DNA of 64,000 bases from an uncultured Gammaproteobacteria bacterium (GCA_964415025.1 CAYPXF010000002.1:11825-75824), one strand, 5' to 3'. Shown: positions 21,222 to 31,057, counted from the first letter of the stretch. Made by a program: numbers and translations. Notes: generated from the sequence alone by a model not told the origin.

Positions 21222-21575
21222 CTATGAATCAAAAAATAATCTGACCGCACGGGTAAATGTTTCGAGTTTGTACGGCTTTTTCAATGCCCTCATATTACAG
21301 TCATCAGCTTTCAGCACAACATCATGATTGCCACTAGCGATTATCAGTGGTTGATCAGGATTGATTTCAAATATACTCCTGGCCAGCTCAAAGCCGTCCA
21401 TGACGGACATTTCCCAGTCCGTGACAACAATGTCATAACTCCCCGACTGGTATAGCTCTAAACCTTCTTGGCCACCAGCGGCGCACGTGACGATAAATCC
21501 CAGATGTTCCAAAAATACTTCAGCTACCCCGCGCATCTCCGGGCTGTCATCAACCACTAACGCTCGTTTAGTCAT
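21222..21575 (-). CDS. Single-domain response regulator (CheY-like receiver)
   Basis: LVVDD, YDIVVTDWEMSVMDG, IIASG, KPY; SD AAGGAGG. Confidence 0.9.
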   Translation of the reverse strand: MTKRALVVDDSPEMRGVAEVFLEHLGFIVTCAAGGQEGLELYQSGSYDIVVTDWEMSVMDGFELARSIFEINPDQPLIIASGNHDVVLKADDCNMRALKKPYKLETFTRAVRLFFDS

Positions 21576-21642
21576 GCAAACCTCCTTGGTTTTATGCTGT
21601 GTTTAAGGTACAATTTAAATTACTGTATCAGGAAATATATTT

Positions 21643-22542
21643 ATGTCAAGCAAACCGCCACTAATTACCATTCTCGGCCCCACCTCCAGCGGCAAAACCA
21701 ACCTATCTATCAAACTAGCAAAACAGTTTAAGGGTGAAATTGTTTCGGCTGATTCACGCCAGGTCTACCGCGGCATGGATATCGGCACTGGTAAAGCGGC
21801 CAAAGTAGCACAGCGACAGGCGCCCCATCACCTGTTGGATGTGGTCTCGCCAAAAAAAGAATATACCGTAGCGCATTTTAAACGCGACGCGCAACAGGCA
21901 ATACGCGCCATTCATCAAAAAAACAAACTGCCCTTCTTAACCGGCGGCACCGGCTTTTGGGTGCAGGCAGTAACCGATGACCTGCCGCTACCACGAGTTA
22001 AACCGGATAAAAAACTGCGCGCAAAACTTTCCCGTAAACGGCCAGCGGCACTGTTACAGGTGCTGCACAAGCTCGATCCTGAACGCGCCAAAACCATTGA
22101 CCCGCATAACCCGTATCGGCTGATCCGGGCTATAGAAATAATCAAAACAACCGGCAAGCCGGTTCCGCCACTCAAACGGCAATCACTGTATGATTTGTTA
22201 CAGATCGGTATCGTCGTCCCCCAAAAAACGCTCCACCGCAGGATTAAACAGCGGCTTGACAAACGGCTGCGTCAGGGCATGGTAGCCGAAGTCAAGAGGC
22301 TGCATGAGCAGGGCGTCAGCTGGCAACGGCTGTTTAAGTTCGGGCTGGAGTACCGCTATGTCAGTCTGTATATCCGTGGTCAGCTATCAAAACAGGAAAT
22401 GCACAATCAATTACTGAAAGCTATTCAGCAATACGCCAAGCGCCAGCTGACCTGGTGGCGCAAGGATAAGCGCATCCACTGGATCGGTACACCTACCGAA
22501 GCGCAGAGACTGGCGCAGCGCTTCATTGACAGACGCGGCTAA
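21643..22542 (+). CDS. miaA: tRNA dimethylallyltransferase
   Basis: GPTSSGKT, SADSRQVYRGMDIGTGK, YAKRQLTW. Confidence 0.97.
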   Translation: MSSKPPLITILGPTSSGKTNLSIKLAKQFKGEIVSADSRQVYRGMDIGTGKAAKVAQRQAPHHLLDVVSPKKEYTVAHFKRDAQQAIRAIHQKNKLPFLTGGTGFWVQAVTDDLPLPRVKPDKKLRAKLSRKRPAALLQVLHKLDPERAKTIDPHNPYRLIRAIEIIKTTGKPVPPLKRQSLYDLLQIGIVVPQKTLHRRIKQRLDKRLRQGMVAEVKRLHEQGVSWQRLFKFGLEYRYVSLYIRGQLSKQEMHNQLLKAIQQYAKRQLTWWRKDKRIHWIGTPTEAQRLAQRFIDRRG

Positions 22543-22561
22543 TACGGCTATACTACAAACT

Positions 22562-22894
22562 ATGCCAACTATTATTTCAGGAAAACATTTCAAGCTAACC
22601 AACGCGCTGAAGGAATATGTGACGCGGCAGTTTAGCAAGCTGCAAAAATACTCCCCGCATACGTTTACTGAAATGCGCGCCGAACTAGACGTGGATGAAA
22701 ACCAGCGCTCTGGCGATATCTACCGCGTGGAAATGTCAGTCGGCCTGCCCGGTGAATACCTCAAGGCCGGCCATAAGGGCGGACATATGCGCGAGGCAAT
22801 CGACCTCTGCACCGACAAACTGGTCCGCCAGATCAAAAAATACAAAGGCAAGCGAGTCGCCAAGCACCAGTCACGAGAAACAATACGTAAATAA
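22562..22894 (+). CDS. hpf: Ribosome hibernation promoting factor (short HPF/RaiA)
   Basis: ISGKHFKLTNALKEYV, AID...KLVRQIKKYK; TATACT 7 nt before the ATG. Confidence 0.88.
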   Translation: MPTIISGKHFKLTNALKEYVTRQFSKLQKYSPHTFTEMRAELDVDENQRSGDIYRVEMSVGLPGEYLKAGHKGGHMREAIDLCTDKLVRQIKKYKGKRVAKHQSRETIRK

Positions 22895-22923
22895 GATTTT
22901 CCACATACATTGAGGAGGGGTAC

Positions 22924-23250
22924 ATGGATCTTTTCATCATTGCAGCAATACTCGGCGGTGTTTGGTTTGTGGTAATATACTGGCTGGCCAGTAGTTATTT
23001 CCTCTACTACCAACAGGGCGATCTCCGCGATTTTTTATTTTTACCCGTCGATTTACTATGGGAATCAGCTGAACATTTGCCAGGAATTATACAGTATACG
23101 GTTCATACCGCCCTATTTGTGCTGGCGCCAATGATAGTAGCTTTTTTCTGGCTTGGCGCCTGCGCCATCATGATTATTTTTGGCTTTTGTGCCTGTATCG
23201 CAGTACTGTGTAAATTTATAAGCAAGGGTTTCCGTCCCGCAACTTCATAG
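22924..23250 (+). CDS. Orphan membrane protein
   Basis: SD GAGGAGG; hydrophobic; terminator follows. Confidence 0.7.
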   Translation: MDLFIIAAILGGVWFVVIYWLASSYFLYYQQGDLRDFLFLPVDLLWESAEHLPGIIQYTVHTALFVLAPMIVAFFWLGACAIMIIFGFCACIAVLCKFISKGFRPATS

Positions 23251-23275
23251 AGACCATAATATGGTCTCTTTTTTT
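23249..23275 (+). terminator. Intrinsic terminator
   Basis: AGAGACCAT-AAT-ATGGTCTCT followed by T run. Confidence 0.85.
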
Positions 23276-23287
23276 ATTTGACGGATT

Positions 23288-23539
23288 TTGTTTGCCTTGC
23301 TCTGCGATGTGGCTGGCATATCAATCATGGCATCCCAGCCGCATCAGTCTGGCGTTCAGATGCGCACTATCTGCGGTTATACCGCGCTTGGTATTATGGT
23401 ATTGCGCCTGGTCTGGGCGTTGCTGACATATTTTCAGCGACATCAGCGTATGCGGTGGCTGTTTACGCGATATTCAGTATATGCTTGGATATTCCGGGTA
23501 ATCGTTTTTTGCACCAGTATTGCCTGGCATAAATTCTAA
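23288..23539 (+). CDS. Possible small membrane protein or gene fragment
   Basis: Hydrophobic 83-aa ORF with no clear start signal. Confidence 0.35.
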   Translation: MFALLCDVAGISIMASQPHQSGVQMRTICGYTALGIMVLRLVWALLTYFQRHQRMRWLFTRYSVYAWIFRVIVFCTSIAWHKF

Positions 23540-23577
23540 AATAAAGGCGTGATTGTGATAATCACGCCTCATTGTTT

Positions 23578-23745
23578 TTATGATGGCGTTCCCGTCATCA
23601 TTGCTTCGTAATCTCTTCGGGACATTGCGAGCTTTTGCTTGGGGTCCAGCTGTACTTCGCATTGCCAGCACTTCATGCCGCCCTTGCCGTCAGAAACCAG
23701 ATCAGCGCCGCATTCCCGGCATACTTCCTCGACTACCTTTGACAT
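23578..23745 (-). CDS. 55-aa Zn-ribbon protein
   Basis: CRECG...CWQC; SD AAGGAGG; hairpin AGGCGTGATT/AATCACGCCT downstream. Confidence 0.7.
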   Translation of the reverse strand: MSKVVEEVCRECGADLVSDGKGGMKCWQCEVQLDPKQKLAMSRRDYEAMMTGTPS

Positions 23746-23777
23746 TGTTCCTCCTTGAAAAAAGGTCAAGCTCGGTA

Positions 23778-25355
23778 CTATGTTAATTTTATCTTTAATG
23801 TTTTATCGACAACTTGCGCGTCTGCCCGTCCTTTTGTCTGCTTCATGACTTGTCCTATCAGATATTTAAGTGCCGGCTCTTTGCCTGCCTGGTACTCCTG
23901 TACAACGTTGGCATTATCCGCAATAACCTGATCAACTATTGTATCTAAATCTTCATCATTTGTCAAGCTGCCGAGATCTTCATCCTCAACAATATCTGAC
24001 GGATCCTTGCCTGTGGCAAACATCAGGTCCAATACCTGAACAGCTGTCTGTTTGTTTATCCTATTTTCATGGACCAAGGTGATGAGTTCAGCGAAGTTTT
24101 CCGGCGTAATATCCATATCAGAAATCGTGGCACTATGCTTGTTCAGCAGACCGAGCAAACGGGTAATAATCCAATTAGCGACCTGCTTGACCAGCTTCTT
24201 CTTGTGCGTATCCCATATTTCCTGCTCGCTGCCCTCGACCTGTTCCAGCGCGATGAGCCACGCCTTAAGCTCTGATATTACTTTTTCGAAAAATTTCGCC
24301 ACATCTTCATCCTGGACTATAATATTCGCATCATATGCAGACAGTCCAAATTCTGACTGGAAGCGTCGGCGCTTGTCAGCTGGCAACTCTCCTATCTCCT
24401 GTTTGAGCGCATCGATATCGCGCCGGCTGATTTCGAGCTGCGGCAAATCAGGTTCGGGAAAATATCTATAATCATGCTGTTCCTCTTTCTCGCGCTGGAG
24501 TACCGTGTGTTCCTGCTTATCGTCCCAGCCGCGTGTCGATTGGCGCTGGGGCGCTTTATCCTGCTCCCAAAGTCCGGTCTGCCGTTCTATTTCATAGGCT
24601 AGCGCGCGTTCAACAGCACGAAATGAGTTCAGATTTTTTATTTCAGTCTTGGGGTATAATTTATTTGGATCCAGACCAATGCCGGCCTGGTCAGCCTGAT
24701 CCAGGAATACTTCGGGATTTGGCCGCAGGGAAATATTGGCGTCGCACCGTAGCTGGCCTTTTTCCATATCAGCGTCGGAAATCCCCAGGTAACGCATCAA
24801 TAAGCGCAACTCCTGTAAAAATACCTTGGCGCCGGCTGGGGTCTGTAAATCAGGATGCGTTACAATCTCCATGAGCGGCGTGCCGGCCCTGTTATAATCG
24901 ACGTAACTGGCATGTGATTCAGCTTCGTGTAAGAGTTTTCCGCTGTCCTCTTCCAGATGAACACGCTCAATCCTAACACGGCGCTTACGGTCCGCTGTCT
25001 CGATAATCATATAGCCATCCCGACCAAATGGCGCACCCTGCTGTGAAATCTGGTAGCCCTTGGGTAAATCAGGATAAAAATAACTCTTACGGTCAAAATG
25101 TGACTGTTTATTTATTGAACAATTCAGTGCTAGCGCCGCCATGAGTACCCAGGAAACTGCCTGTTGGTTCATGACCGGTAGCGTGCCGGGATGTCCCAGG
25201 CAAACAGGACAGGCCGCGGTATTCGGCGGTACATCGTCACCGCGGTTATCACAAGAGCAAAACATCTTGCTCTGCGTTTTTAGCTGTACATGAATCTCCA
25301 ACCCAATGACTGGCTCATATTTTTTCATAATATTTTTTTTATCTGCTTGTTCCAT
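23778..25355 (-). CDS. gatB: Asp/Glu-tRNA amidotransferase subunit B
   Basis: VIGLEIHVQL, FDRKSYFYPDLPKGYQISQ, DYNRAGTPLMEIV, YRYFPEPDLP. Confidence 0.98.
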   Translation of the reverse strand: MEQADKKNIMKKYEPVIGLEIHVQLKTQSKMFCSCDNRGDDVPPNTAACPVCLGHPGTLPVMNQQAVSWVLMAALALNCSINKQSHFDRKSYFYPDLPKGYQISQQGAPFGRDGYMIIETADRKRRVRIERVHLEEDSGKLLHEAESHASYVDYNRAGTPLMEIVTHPDLQTPAGAKVFLQELRLLMRYLGISDADMEKGQLRCDANISLRPNPEVFLDQADQAGIGLDPNKLYPKTEIKNLNSFRAVERALAYEIERQTGLWEQDKAPQRQSTRGWDDKQEHTVLQREKEEQHDYRYFPEPDLPQLEISRRDIDALKQEIGELPADKRRRFQSEFGLSAYDANIIVQDEDVAKFFEKVISELKAWLIALEQVEGSEQEIWDTHKKKLVKQVANWIITRLLGLLNKHSATISDMDITPENFAELITLVHENRINKQTAVQVLDLMFATGKDPSDIVEDEDLGSLTNDEDLDTIVDQVIADNANVVQEYQAGKEPALKYLIGQVMKQTKGRADAQVVDKTLKIKLT

Positions 25356-25377
25356 ATACTTCGAGTAAAACGAGAGG

Positions 25378-25428
25378 CTATACGGGGAGGTATATTTCTA
25401 ATCCGATAACCAGCTCGTATTTATTCAT
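25378..25428 (-). pseudogene. 16-codon diverged copy of the GatB N-terminus
   Basis: MNKYELVIGLEIYLPV* vs GatB MKKYEPVIGLEIHVQL; TACAAT-N6-ATG. Confidence 0.75.
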
Positions 25429-25456
25429 AAGTGTATTGTATCAAAATACGTAGGTA

Positions 25457-25500
25457 AAAAAAAGATACCTGCATACATGCGCACCGTGCTGCAGGTATCT
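25457..25500 (-). terminator. Terminator of the sigma factor gene
   Basis: AGATACCTGCA...TGCAGGTATCT plus T run on the minus strand. Confidence 0.8.
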
Positions 25501-26356
25501 ACGTATGAAAATCCTTTAACCGCTTGGTCTGACTAGCATGCCGTATTCGGCGGATTGCTTTTTCTCTTATCTGCCTGACTTGCTCCCGGGTTATGGAAAA
25601 ACGCTTAGCGATTTCCTCCAAAGTATGGGGCTTATTATTATTCAGACCATAGTATAGCTCAATAACTTCAGCATCGCGCTGCGTCAGCTCATCAAGCACG
25701 GCCCGTATAGCCTGCTGTAACGCCCCCTGATCATAGTACCGATCTGGGGACGGCACTGACTCGTCTTCGAGTATGGTCAGGAGCTTGTTGCCACCATTCT
25801 GCTCAAACGGCTCATCCAGCGAACTATGGCCATAGCCGATTCTGATCGATTCAGTAATTTCATCCTTACTGATGTCATCATCCCGTAATACTGACGCGAT
25901 TTCATCGACAGACGGATTTGGTTTACCATCCCGGCGCAAGGATTCTATAGCCTTATGCACCTTACGCAGTATATTGGAACGATTCAAGGGTATGCGGACA
26001 ATACGCGATTGCTCGGCTAAAGCCTGCCTGATAGCCTGCCTGATCCACCAGACAGCATAGGAAATAAACTTAAATCCCCGCGTCTCATCAAACATTTTAG
26101 CAGCTTTGCATAATCCGATATTCCCTTCGTTAATCAGATCAGCCAACTCGAGCCCTCGGTGCTGATATTGCTTGGCAATCGACACGACGAACCGTAAATT
26201 CGACTCAACCAGCTTATCCAAGGCGCTGTTGTCACCCTGTTTGATGCGCTGCACTAATTTTACTTCTTCTGCGGGTTTTAAAATCGGAAATTTGCCAATC
26301 TCTTTCAAATACTGAACAAGCGATTTGCCATCGGCTCTGCTGCGATTCGATCTCAT
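25499..26356 (-). CDS. RpoD/SigA-family sigma factor lacking region 1.1 (FCB-type signature)
   Basis: NLRFVVSIAKQY, DLINEGNIGL, FDETRGFKFISYAVWWIRQAI, TLEEIA..F.ITREQVRQIREKA; SD AGGAGG. Confidence 0.92.
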   Translation of the reverse strand: MRSNRSRADGKSLVQYLKEIGKFPILKPAEEVKLVQRIKQGDNSALDKLVESNLRFVVSIAKQYQHRGLELADLINEGNIGLCKAAKMFDETRGFKFISYAVWWIRQAIRQALAEQSRIVRIPLNRSNILRKVHKAIESLRRDGKPNPSVDEIASVLRDDDISKDEITESIRIGYGHSSLDEPFEQNGGNKLLTILEDESVPSPDRYYDQGALQQAIRAVLDELTQRDAEVIELYYGLNNNKPHTLEEIAKRFSITREQVRQIREKAIRRIRHASQTKRLKDFHT

Positions 26357-26429
26357 GCTTCCTCCTGTTGTAATTAAAAAGAACAAAGTTACATAACCTT
26401 ATCAAGCAACCACTCGACTGTCAATAGTA

Positions 26430-27122
26430 TTATATTTTTTTCCTGACACTGCTCCAGACCAATTCGTGGATTGCCTGGCGTGATAATAGTTTTTCTTTTT
26501 TCACACAGTCAATCTGCTGCCATTCACTTGATTCGCGAACCAGCTGAAGTACTTGTTTTTCTGCCGCGCTCAAATGAGCATGAGAGCGCTCATGGATATC
26601 GCGTTTTTTGCGGCCAATATACTGGCGTTTAGCCTTTTGAGATACGAGTTTTTTGCCGATCTGGAACGGTACGTATAAAAATACTACCATGTCTGGTCGC
26701 GGAATGCCAAAAACTTTATACTCTAATTCGCTAAGCCATATCAGGAATTCTTTTTTTTTCTTCGCTCCCCTGATCTTGCTGGCCTGGTGGATTTGATTGG
26801 CGGACACATAGCGGTTGGAAATAACAATCTTTCCCTCATCCAGCCAGCGTTGTATTTTATCCTTGGCTTGCCATCGATCACCGGCAAAGAGTAACGAAGC
26901 AAAATACGGACTGACCTGTTTGGCCGTGCCAAATTCTCCGCGTAAATACCGTGCCGTCATTTTGCCGAAAAAAGTGGTGTAATACTGCGGAAAATCAGTT
27001 ACAGCGGTTTTATAGCCCTCTTTTTTCAGCCGTTTGATGAGTAGGCCTGTCTGGGTCGCCTTACCAGAACCGTCCAGGCCGTCAAGTACGATGAGTTTTC
27101 CTTTGGTTCTTTTTTTTGTCAT
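26430..27122 (-). CDS. tmk: Thymidylate kinase
   Basis: DGLDGSGKATQ, LLFAGDR, NRYVSAN..HQ, PRPD. Confidence 0.92.
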   Translation of the reverse strand: MTKKRTKGKLIVLDGLDGSGKATQTGLLIKRLKKEGYKTAVTDFPQYYTTFFGKMTARYLRGEFGTAKQVSPYFASLLFAGDRWQAKDKIQRWLDEGKIVISNRYVSANQIHQASKIRGAKKKKEFLIWLSELEYKVFGIPRPDMVVFLYVPFQIGKKLVSQKAKRQYIGRKKRDIHERSHAHLSAAEKQVLQLVRESSEWQQIDCVKKEKLLSRQAIHELVWSSVRKKI

Positions 27123-27123
27123 G

Positions 27124-27621
27124 TTATTTTTCCAGCGTTAAAAACACATACTCATATTTATCATCACTGCTGTAAGTTCGTCCTATTTCTTTACTAAACT
27201 CCGTATACTCCGGAAAATATGTATCTCCCGCAAACTCAGCTTTGACAACTGTTAAATACAGCCGTTCGGTCCGCGGTAAAGCGGCCGCATATACCTGCCC
27301 GCCGCCGATGATAAACACTTCTTCGTCCTCATGCATTTGGGCATAGTCAATAGCTTTATTAACGTCCGGCATGATCTCCACGCCGGCCGGATGATACTCT
27401 TCCTGCCTGGTAACTATGATATTGAGCCGGTCAGACAATGGTTTGCCGATCGATTCATACGTTTTCCGGCCCATGATCACCGGATGCCCGCGGGTAACAC
27501 GTCTGAACCGTTTCATGTCTTCCGGTATATGCCAAGGGATTTTTCCCTTGTTTCCTAAAACGCGATTCTCTGATATCGCCGCGATGGCGCTGATGCGAGG
27601 TTTTTTAGTTTGATGCTCCAT
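27124..27621 (-). CDS. folA: Dihydrofolate reductase
   Basis: IPWHIPEDMKRF, VIMGRKTYES, FIIGGGQVY, GDTYFP. Confidence 0.97.
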   Translation of the reverse strand: MEHQTKKPRISAIAAISENRVLGNKGKIPWHIPEDMKRFRRVTRGHPVIMGRKTYESIGKPLSDRLNIIVTRQEEYHPAGVEIMPDVNKAIDYAQMHEDEEVFIIGGGQVYAAALPRTERLYLTVVKAEFAGDTYFPEYTEFSKEIGRTYSSDDKYEYVFLTLEK

Positions 27622-28157
27622 ACACTTCAGATAAGGTTATTGGCGCCAGTGCGGCCAGCACCGTGTCATAATACCCGTGTTCACGGGTTACCCCATTGCC
27701 AGTAGCATAACCGAAAAATCCTTCCTGCTGTTTCATATTTTCTCGTGATAAAGGCTGTCCATAACATCACCTAATTCAATTTGTTCTTCTTTAATGCGCT
27801 TAATAACTACCTCTGGTAAAGGCACCGCGAACGAGTGGGCACAATAGGTCTTACAATTTTTATCAACGATAGCACACCAGGCAAATACATAATGCTCCCT
27901 ACCGTGTATGGTGATACCGCCTTCTAAACCAACGCCGTAATCTGCTACATTTTTTTCTCGGGCGGCCCGAGCTCGTTTTCAGCACCGTGCTTGACTTCAT
28001 CGCCAAACGGCTGGTCTGACACACCTGATGTGACTGATACTGGGATAACCGTGATATCGCCGCCAAGCCGGTAGATGAATGCTTTTTCTACTGCGCTTAG
28101 CTTGATTGGATTATGTGAACCAACGGCGATTGTGCTAATTGTAGACCTGTCGGTCAT
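27605..28157 (-). pseudogene. yjjX: Inosine/xanthosine triphosphatase (YjjX/DUF84) with two single-base frameshifts
   Basis: VGSHNPIK, SGVSDQP, GAEN|RA, YGVGLEGG, ELGDVMD, |KQQEG..G..T...VTR; shifts near 27975 and 27745. Confidence 0.85.
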
Positions 28158-28164
28158 AATGCAA

Positions 28165-28256
28165 AAATTACTAATTTCTAATCAAGCTCCAATTTTCAAT
28201 TGAATAATTCCTAAATTGATCATTCATTAGGAATTAGAAATTCGTCATTAGTAATT
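28165..28256. repeat. AT-rich heptamer-type inverted repeat element
   Basis: AATTACTAATTTCTAAT ... ATTAGGAATTAGAAATT...ATTAGTAATT. Confidence 0.55.
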
Positions 28257-29184
28257 AAACGGCTATCGGTGCCTTAATCCGCGGATGGGGGTCATACCCC
28301 TCCAATAAGAAATCATCAAACCTAAAATCAAAAACATTTTTCACGTCCGGGTTAAGTCTCATAGTTGGTAAGGGGCGCGGTTCGCGCTCCAACTGGGTTT
28401 TCACTTGATCGAAGTGATTACTATAAATATGCACATCGCCGAACGTGTGGACAAAATCCCCCGGCGCAAGTCCGGTGGTATGTGCCATCATCATCGTCAG
28501 AAGAGCATACGAAGCGATATTAAACGGCACACCCAGAAATACATCAGCACTGCGCTGATACAGCTGACAATGTAGCTTCTTGTCTAAAACAAAAAACTGA
28601 AACACGGTATGGCACGGCGGCGGCGCGGCAGTTTTGCTGTGTATGTTTTGCTGTAAATCTCCCACATTCCAGCCGCTTACTATGATGCGTCGCGAATACG
28701 GCCTTTCCCTAATCATCTGCTGGGCATAAGCAATCTGGTTAAAGCTGCTGCTATCCGGCATACTCCAGGCAGTCCATTGCTTGCCATAGACTGGGCCAAG
28801 ATCGCCAAATTGCTCGGCAAATTTCTCGTCTGACTTGATGCACTCGATATATTTTTTCTTTTCCTCCTGCCAGTCATCAGAATACATGGGAAATTTTTCA
28901 GCCATGCCTTGTTCTTCCACATACCGCTGAAACGGCCATTCATCCCAGATGTGTACATTGTTCTCGACCAATGGTTTGATATTCGTACTGCCGCTCAAAA
29001 ACCACAACAGCTCGTGGATAATGCCGCGGATAAAGACTTTTTTGGTAGTGACCAGCGGAAACCCCTTACTCAAATCAAACCGCATCTGGTAGCCAAATAC
29101 GCTGCGCGTACCCACACCTGTCCGATCGTCACGGTCAGTACCATTGTCTAAAATATGCTGTAACAACTCGAGATATTGCCGCAT
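28255..29184 (-). CDS. thyA: Thymidylate synthase (long-insert type)
   Basis: [37 protein letters not shown]. Confidence 0.98.
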   Translation of the reverse strand: MRQYLELLQHILDNGTDRDDRTGVGTRSVFGYQMRFDLSKGFPLVTTKKVFIRGIIHELLWFLSGSTNIKPLVENNVHIWDEWPFQRYVEEQGMAEKFPMYSDDWQEEKKKYIECIKSDEKFAEQFGDLGPVYGKQWTAWSMPDSSSFNQIAYAQQMIRERPYSRRIIVSGWNVGDLQQNIHSKTAAPPPCHTVFQFFVLDKKLHCQLYQRSADVFLGVPFNIASYALLTMMMAHTTGLAPGDFVHTFGDVHIYSNHFDQVKTQLEREPRPLPTMRLNPDVKNVFDFRFDDFLLEGYDPHPRIKAPIAV

Positions 29185-29268
29185 AGTGTATTTAGTATAC
29201 ACAAAAATAACGGTTTTGTCATAAAAACCAGCCACCACATAGCCTGGCCGCTATGTAAAATTTAATGA

Positions 29269-29691
29269 TTATTTTCCGCTCGAAAGCCAGGCCTTGCTGC
29301 CGCGCTCTGAATCACCCAGCTCATCTACCTGCGTAAATGCTACGGCGGCATGCTGCTGTACCACCATTTGGGCGATGCGGTCACCTGCTTTTATCTGATA
29401 CGGCTCACTAGTTGTATTTAATAATATGACGGTTACCTCGCCGCGGTAATTACTGTCGACTACGCCGGCTAGCGTATGGATGCCGTACTTGGCGGCCATG
29501 CCCCCGCGATCCCAAACCAGCGCAACATACCCGTCAGGTAATTCCATGGCAAAGCCCATTCCAAATCCATGCCGCTCGCCAGGCTGCAGTGTATAGTCTT
29601 CGCACGCACACAAATCAAGCCCGGCATCACCAGGCCGGCCATAATCAGGTATTTTGGCTTGTGGCTTGAGCAGCTTGATGTTCACTCGCAT
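29269..29691 (-). CDS. dut: dUTP diphosphatase
   Basis: DAGLDL, GVVDSNYRGE, GDRIAQ, SERG...SSG. Confidence 0.95.
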   Translation of the reverse strand: MRVNIKLLKPQAKIPDYGRPGDAGLDLCACEDYTLQPGERHGFGMGFAMELPDGYVALVWDRGGMAAKYGIHTLAGVVDSNYRGEVTVILLNTTSEPYQIKAGDRIAQMVVQQHAAVAFTQVDELGDSERGSKAWLSSGK

Positions 29692-29694
29692 AGC

Positions 29695-30165
29695 TTATTC
29701 CTTATCAGCCCAGGCTGACTGGTACTGGCGGCAGGTGACCCCGGCCAACTCCAACATTTTGCGCGAAGTAATCCAGGGGTCATCATTATGGTACTTATCA
29801 CTCTCGAAAATAACTTCAGTAATCCCATTCTGGATAATCGTCTTGGCACATTCATTACACGGAAACAAGGTGCAATACAGCTTACACCCTTTGGGCTGGA
29901 CATTTGAATTATAAACAGCATTTTCCTCGGCATGCACGACGTAGGCGTATTTTGTCTCGGTAAACGAACCCTCGCGTTCCCACGGCAGTTCATCGGTTTC
30001 AATGCCGCGCGGCCAGCCATTATAGCCCAGGCCAACCACAACATTATCCTTATTCGCGATCACGGCACCCGCCTGGGTACTGGGGTCTTTTGACCGGTCA
30101 GCGATAACATGTGCCATACGCATGAAGCATTCGTCCCACGATATATAACTTTCTCTATGACTCAT
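29695..30165 (-). CDS. dCMP deaminase
   Basis: RSKDPSTQ, GYNG, HAEENA, PCNECAK. Confidence 0.95.
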   Translation of the reverse strand: MSHRESYISWDECFMRMAHVIADRSKDPSTQAGAVIANKDNVVVGLGYNGWPRGIETDELPWEREGSFTETKYAYVVHAEENAVYNSNVQPKGCKLYCTLFPCNECAKTIIQNGITEVIFESDKYHNDDPWITSRKMLELAGVTCRQYQSAWADKE

Positions 30166-30233
30166 AGTATTTTATTTCTTAAATCTTAGATTAAGCAGGG
30201 TTTATTCACATATGAAATACTAAGCACGAAGCA

Positions 30234-30282
30234 CGAAATTCCGTATAGGGACGTAATCCCTACGGGACTATGTGTCCTAAAC
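30234..30282 (+). repeat. 49-bp palindromic element, copy 2, inside heptamer repeats
   Basis: CGAAATTCCGTATAGGGACGTAATCCCTACGGGACTATGTGTCCTAAAC; preceded by AAGCACG AAGCACG. Confidence 0.85.
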
Positions 30283-30321
30283 ATTACTCAAATTCTAACT
30301 CGGATTTAAAAGTTGCAGTTT

Positions 30322-31002
30322 TTATACCGTAACTTTAATACCCGGACCCATGGTGGTGCACAGCGTCACTTTTTGGATATACGTGCCCTTAACCGCGGAC
30401 GGCTTAGCGCGCTTAATCGCGTCCAGAAAAGCTTCGTAATTCTCTACCAGCTGTTTTTCTTCAAACGAGGTACGGCCGATTAGCTGGTGCACGTTGCCTG
30501 TTTCGTCATTGCGGAATGTAATTTTACCCTCGCCCAGTGCTTTGATAGTCTTGGCGATGTCGGCGGTAACTGTTTCATTCCGCGGATTAGGCATCAGTCC
30601 CTTCGGGCCGAGAATTTTAGCAATCTGGCCGATTTTCTTCATCATGGCCGGCGTGGCCAGAGCAATATCAAAATCAGTTTTACTGGTTTTCTTAATTTCA
30701 GCAATAATCTCTTCGCCGCCGACGATAGCGGCACCGGCTTGTTTGGCAGCATCTGCATCCTTGCCTTCGGCAAAAACAGCGATTTTTTTAGTTTTACCCG
30801 TACCGTGCGGCAGGACAACCGAACCGCGGACCGTCTGGTCAGCCTTTTTCGGATCAATACCGAGTCGAATATGCACCTCAACACCGGCGTCAAACTTTGT
30901 CGTCGACGTCTTTTTTGCTGCGGCTACAGCGTCTGTCAACTCGTATTGTTTTTGCTGATCAAACTGCGCTTTGGCTGTTTGGTAGCGTTTTGAACGCTTC
31001 AT
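30322..31002 (-). CDS. rplA: 50S ribosomal protein L1
   Basis: [24 protein letters not shown]. Confidence 0.98.
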   Translation of the reverse strand: MKRSKRYQTAKAQFDQQKQYELTDAVAAAKKTSTTKFDAGVEVHIRLGIDPKKADQTVRGSVVLPHGTGKTKKIAVFAEGKDADAAKQAGAAIVGGEEIIAEIKKTSKTDFDIALATPAMMKKIGQIAKILGPKGLMPNPRNETVTADIAKTIKALGEGKITFRNDETGNVHQLIGRTSFEEKQLVENYEAFLDAIKRAKPSAVKGTYIQKVTLCTTMGPGIKVTV

Positions 31003-31017
31003 ATGGATTGTTCCTTC

Positions 31018-31057
31018 GTGGTACTGACGCTAGCGAGACCAATCGCCAGCTCCCACA
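31018..31057 (-). promoter_or_regulatory. L1-binding leader motif
   Basis: GTGGGAG-CTGGCGA..TCGCTAG-CGTCAGTACCAC directly upstream of rplA. Confidence 0.65.
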
